Shown here piece after piece: positions 30,446-30,518 of a stretch of DNA of 30,518 bases. Origin of the DNA: Fastidiosibacter lacustris (GTDB lineage Bacteria > Pseudomonadota > Gammaproteobacteria > Francisellales > Francisellaceae). Below the pieces are notes generated by a model. That model saw only the letters and a program-made list of their open reading frames with translations, ran no database searches and was not told the DNA's origin. The DNA is taken from the NCBI RefSeq assembly GCF_003428155.1, contig NZ_QLIR01000020.1, positions 1 to 30,518 on the forward strand, read 5' to 3'. A program made the translations under genes and the position numbers. Numbering within the stretch: position 1 is the first letter of the stretch; each line of letters begins with the position of its first letter.

Positions 30446-30518
30446 TCAGATATGGTTGAGCAATTCAACCTTCTCTTGCCAGTGCGTTTTCCCATCAGTA
30501 AAAGTTGCTATTGGTGTT
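30446..30518 (-). CDS. Possible 3' end of a CDS entering from beyond the right edge
   Basis: The reverse complement has an open frame to the window edge ending ...TPIATFTDGKTHWQEKVELLNHI*; too short for a family call. Confidence 0.25.
   Translation of the reverse strand, partial: TPIATFTDGKTHWQEKVELLNHI

Overview
This window looks like ordinary low-GC gammaproteobacterial chromosome, mostly housekeeping genes, with a small accessory tail at about 28.3-30.5 kb. In order: YheS-type ABC-F ATPase and carB (minus); DUF2797 protein and a divergent queC (minus); divergent queD and queE (plus); NSS-family Na+ symporter, fadH-like 2,4-dienoyl-CoA reductase, acnA and an ArnT-like GT83 glycosyltransferase (all minus); rhodanese, ispF, DUF1043/ZapG-like protein and an FAD-dependent amine oxidase-like protein (plus); glpD (minus); rpsT, then lpxD-fabZ-lpxA-lpxB and a ZipA-like protein (plus); PAPS-reductase-like PP-loop protein and trpS (minus); a 52-aa DUF5993-like ORF absent from the supplied track, and dsbB (plus); a truncated TraT-like lipoprotein (minus); and a DinJ/RelB antitoxin followed by a RelE/ParE toxin broken by an in-frame TAA. 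I found no CRISPR array, prophage, transposase or clear new defence system. The best candidate for unusual biology is the 7-deazaguanine (preQ0) set: QueC lacks the expected zinc cysteines, QueD lacks the usual His ligand pattern, and QueE has CX3CX8C plus GGAP in place of the usual CX3CX2C and GGEP. Other points are an orphan carB resembling the Bacteroidetes/CAD lineage, a decayed toxin beside an intact antitoxin and operator, a TraT remnant, and a strong stable-RNA-like promoter firing off the left edge. All family calls come from recalled motifs and sequence patterns; no database search was run.
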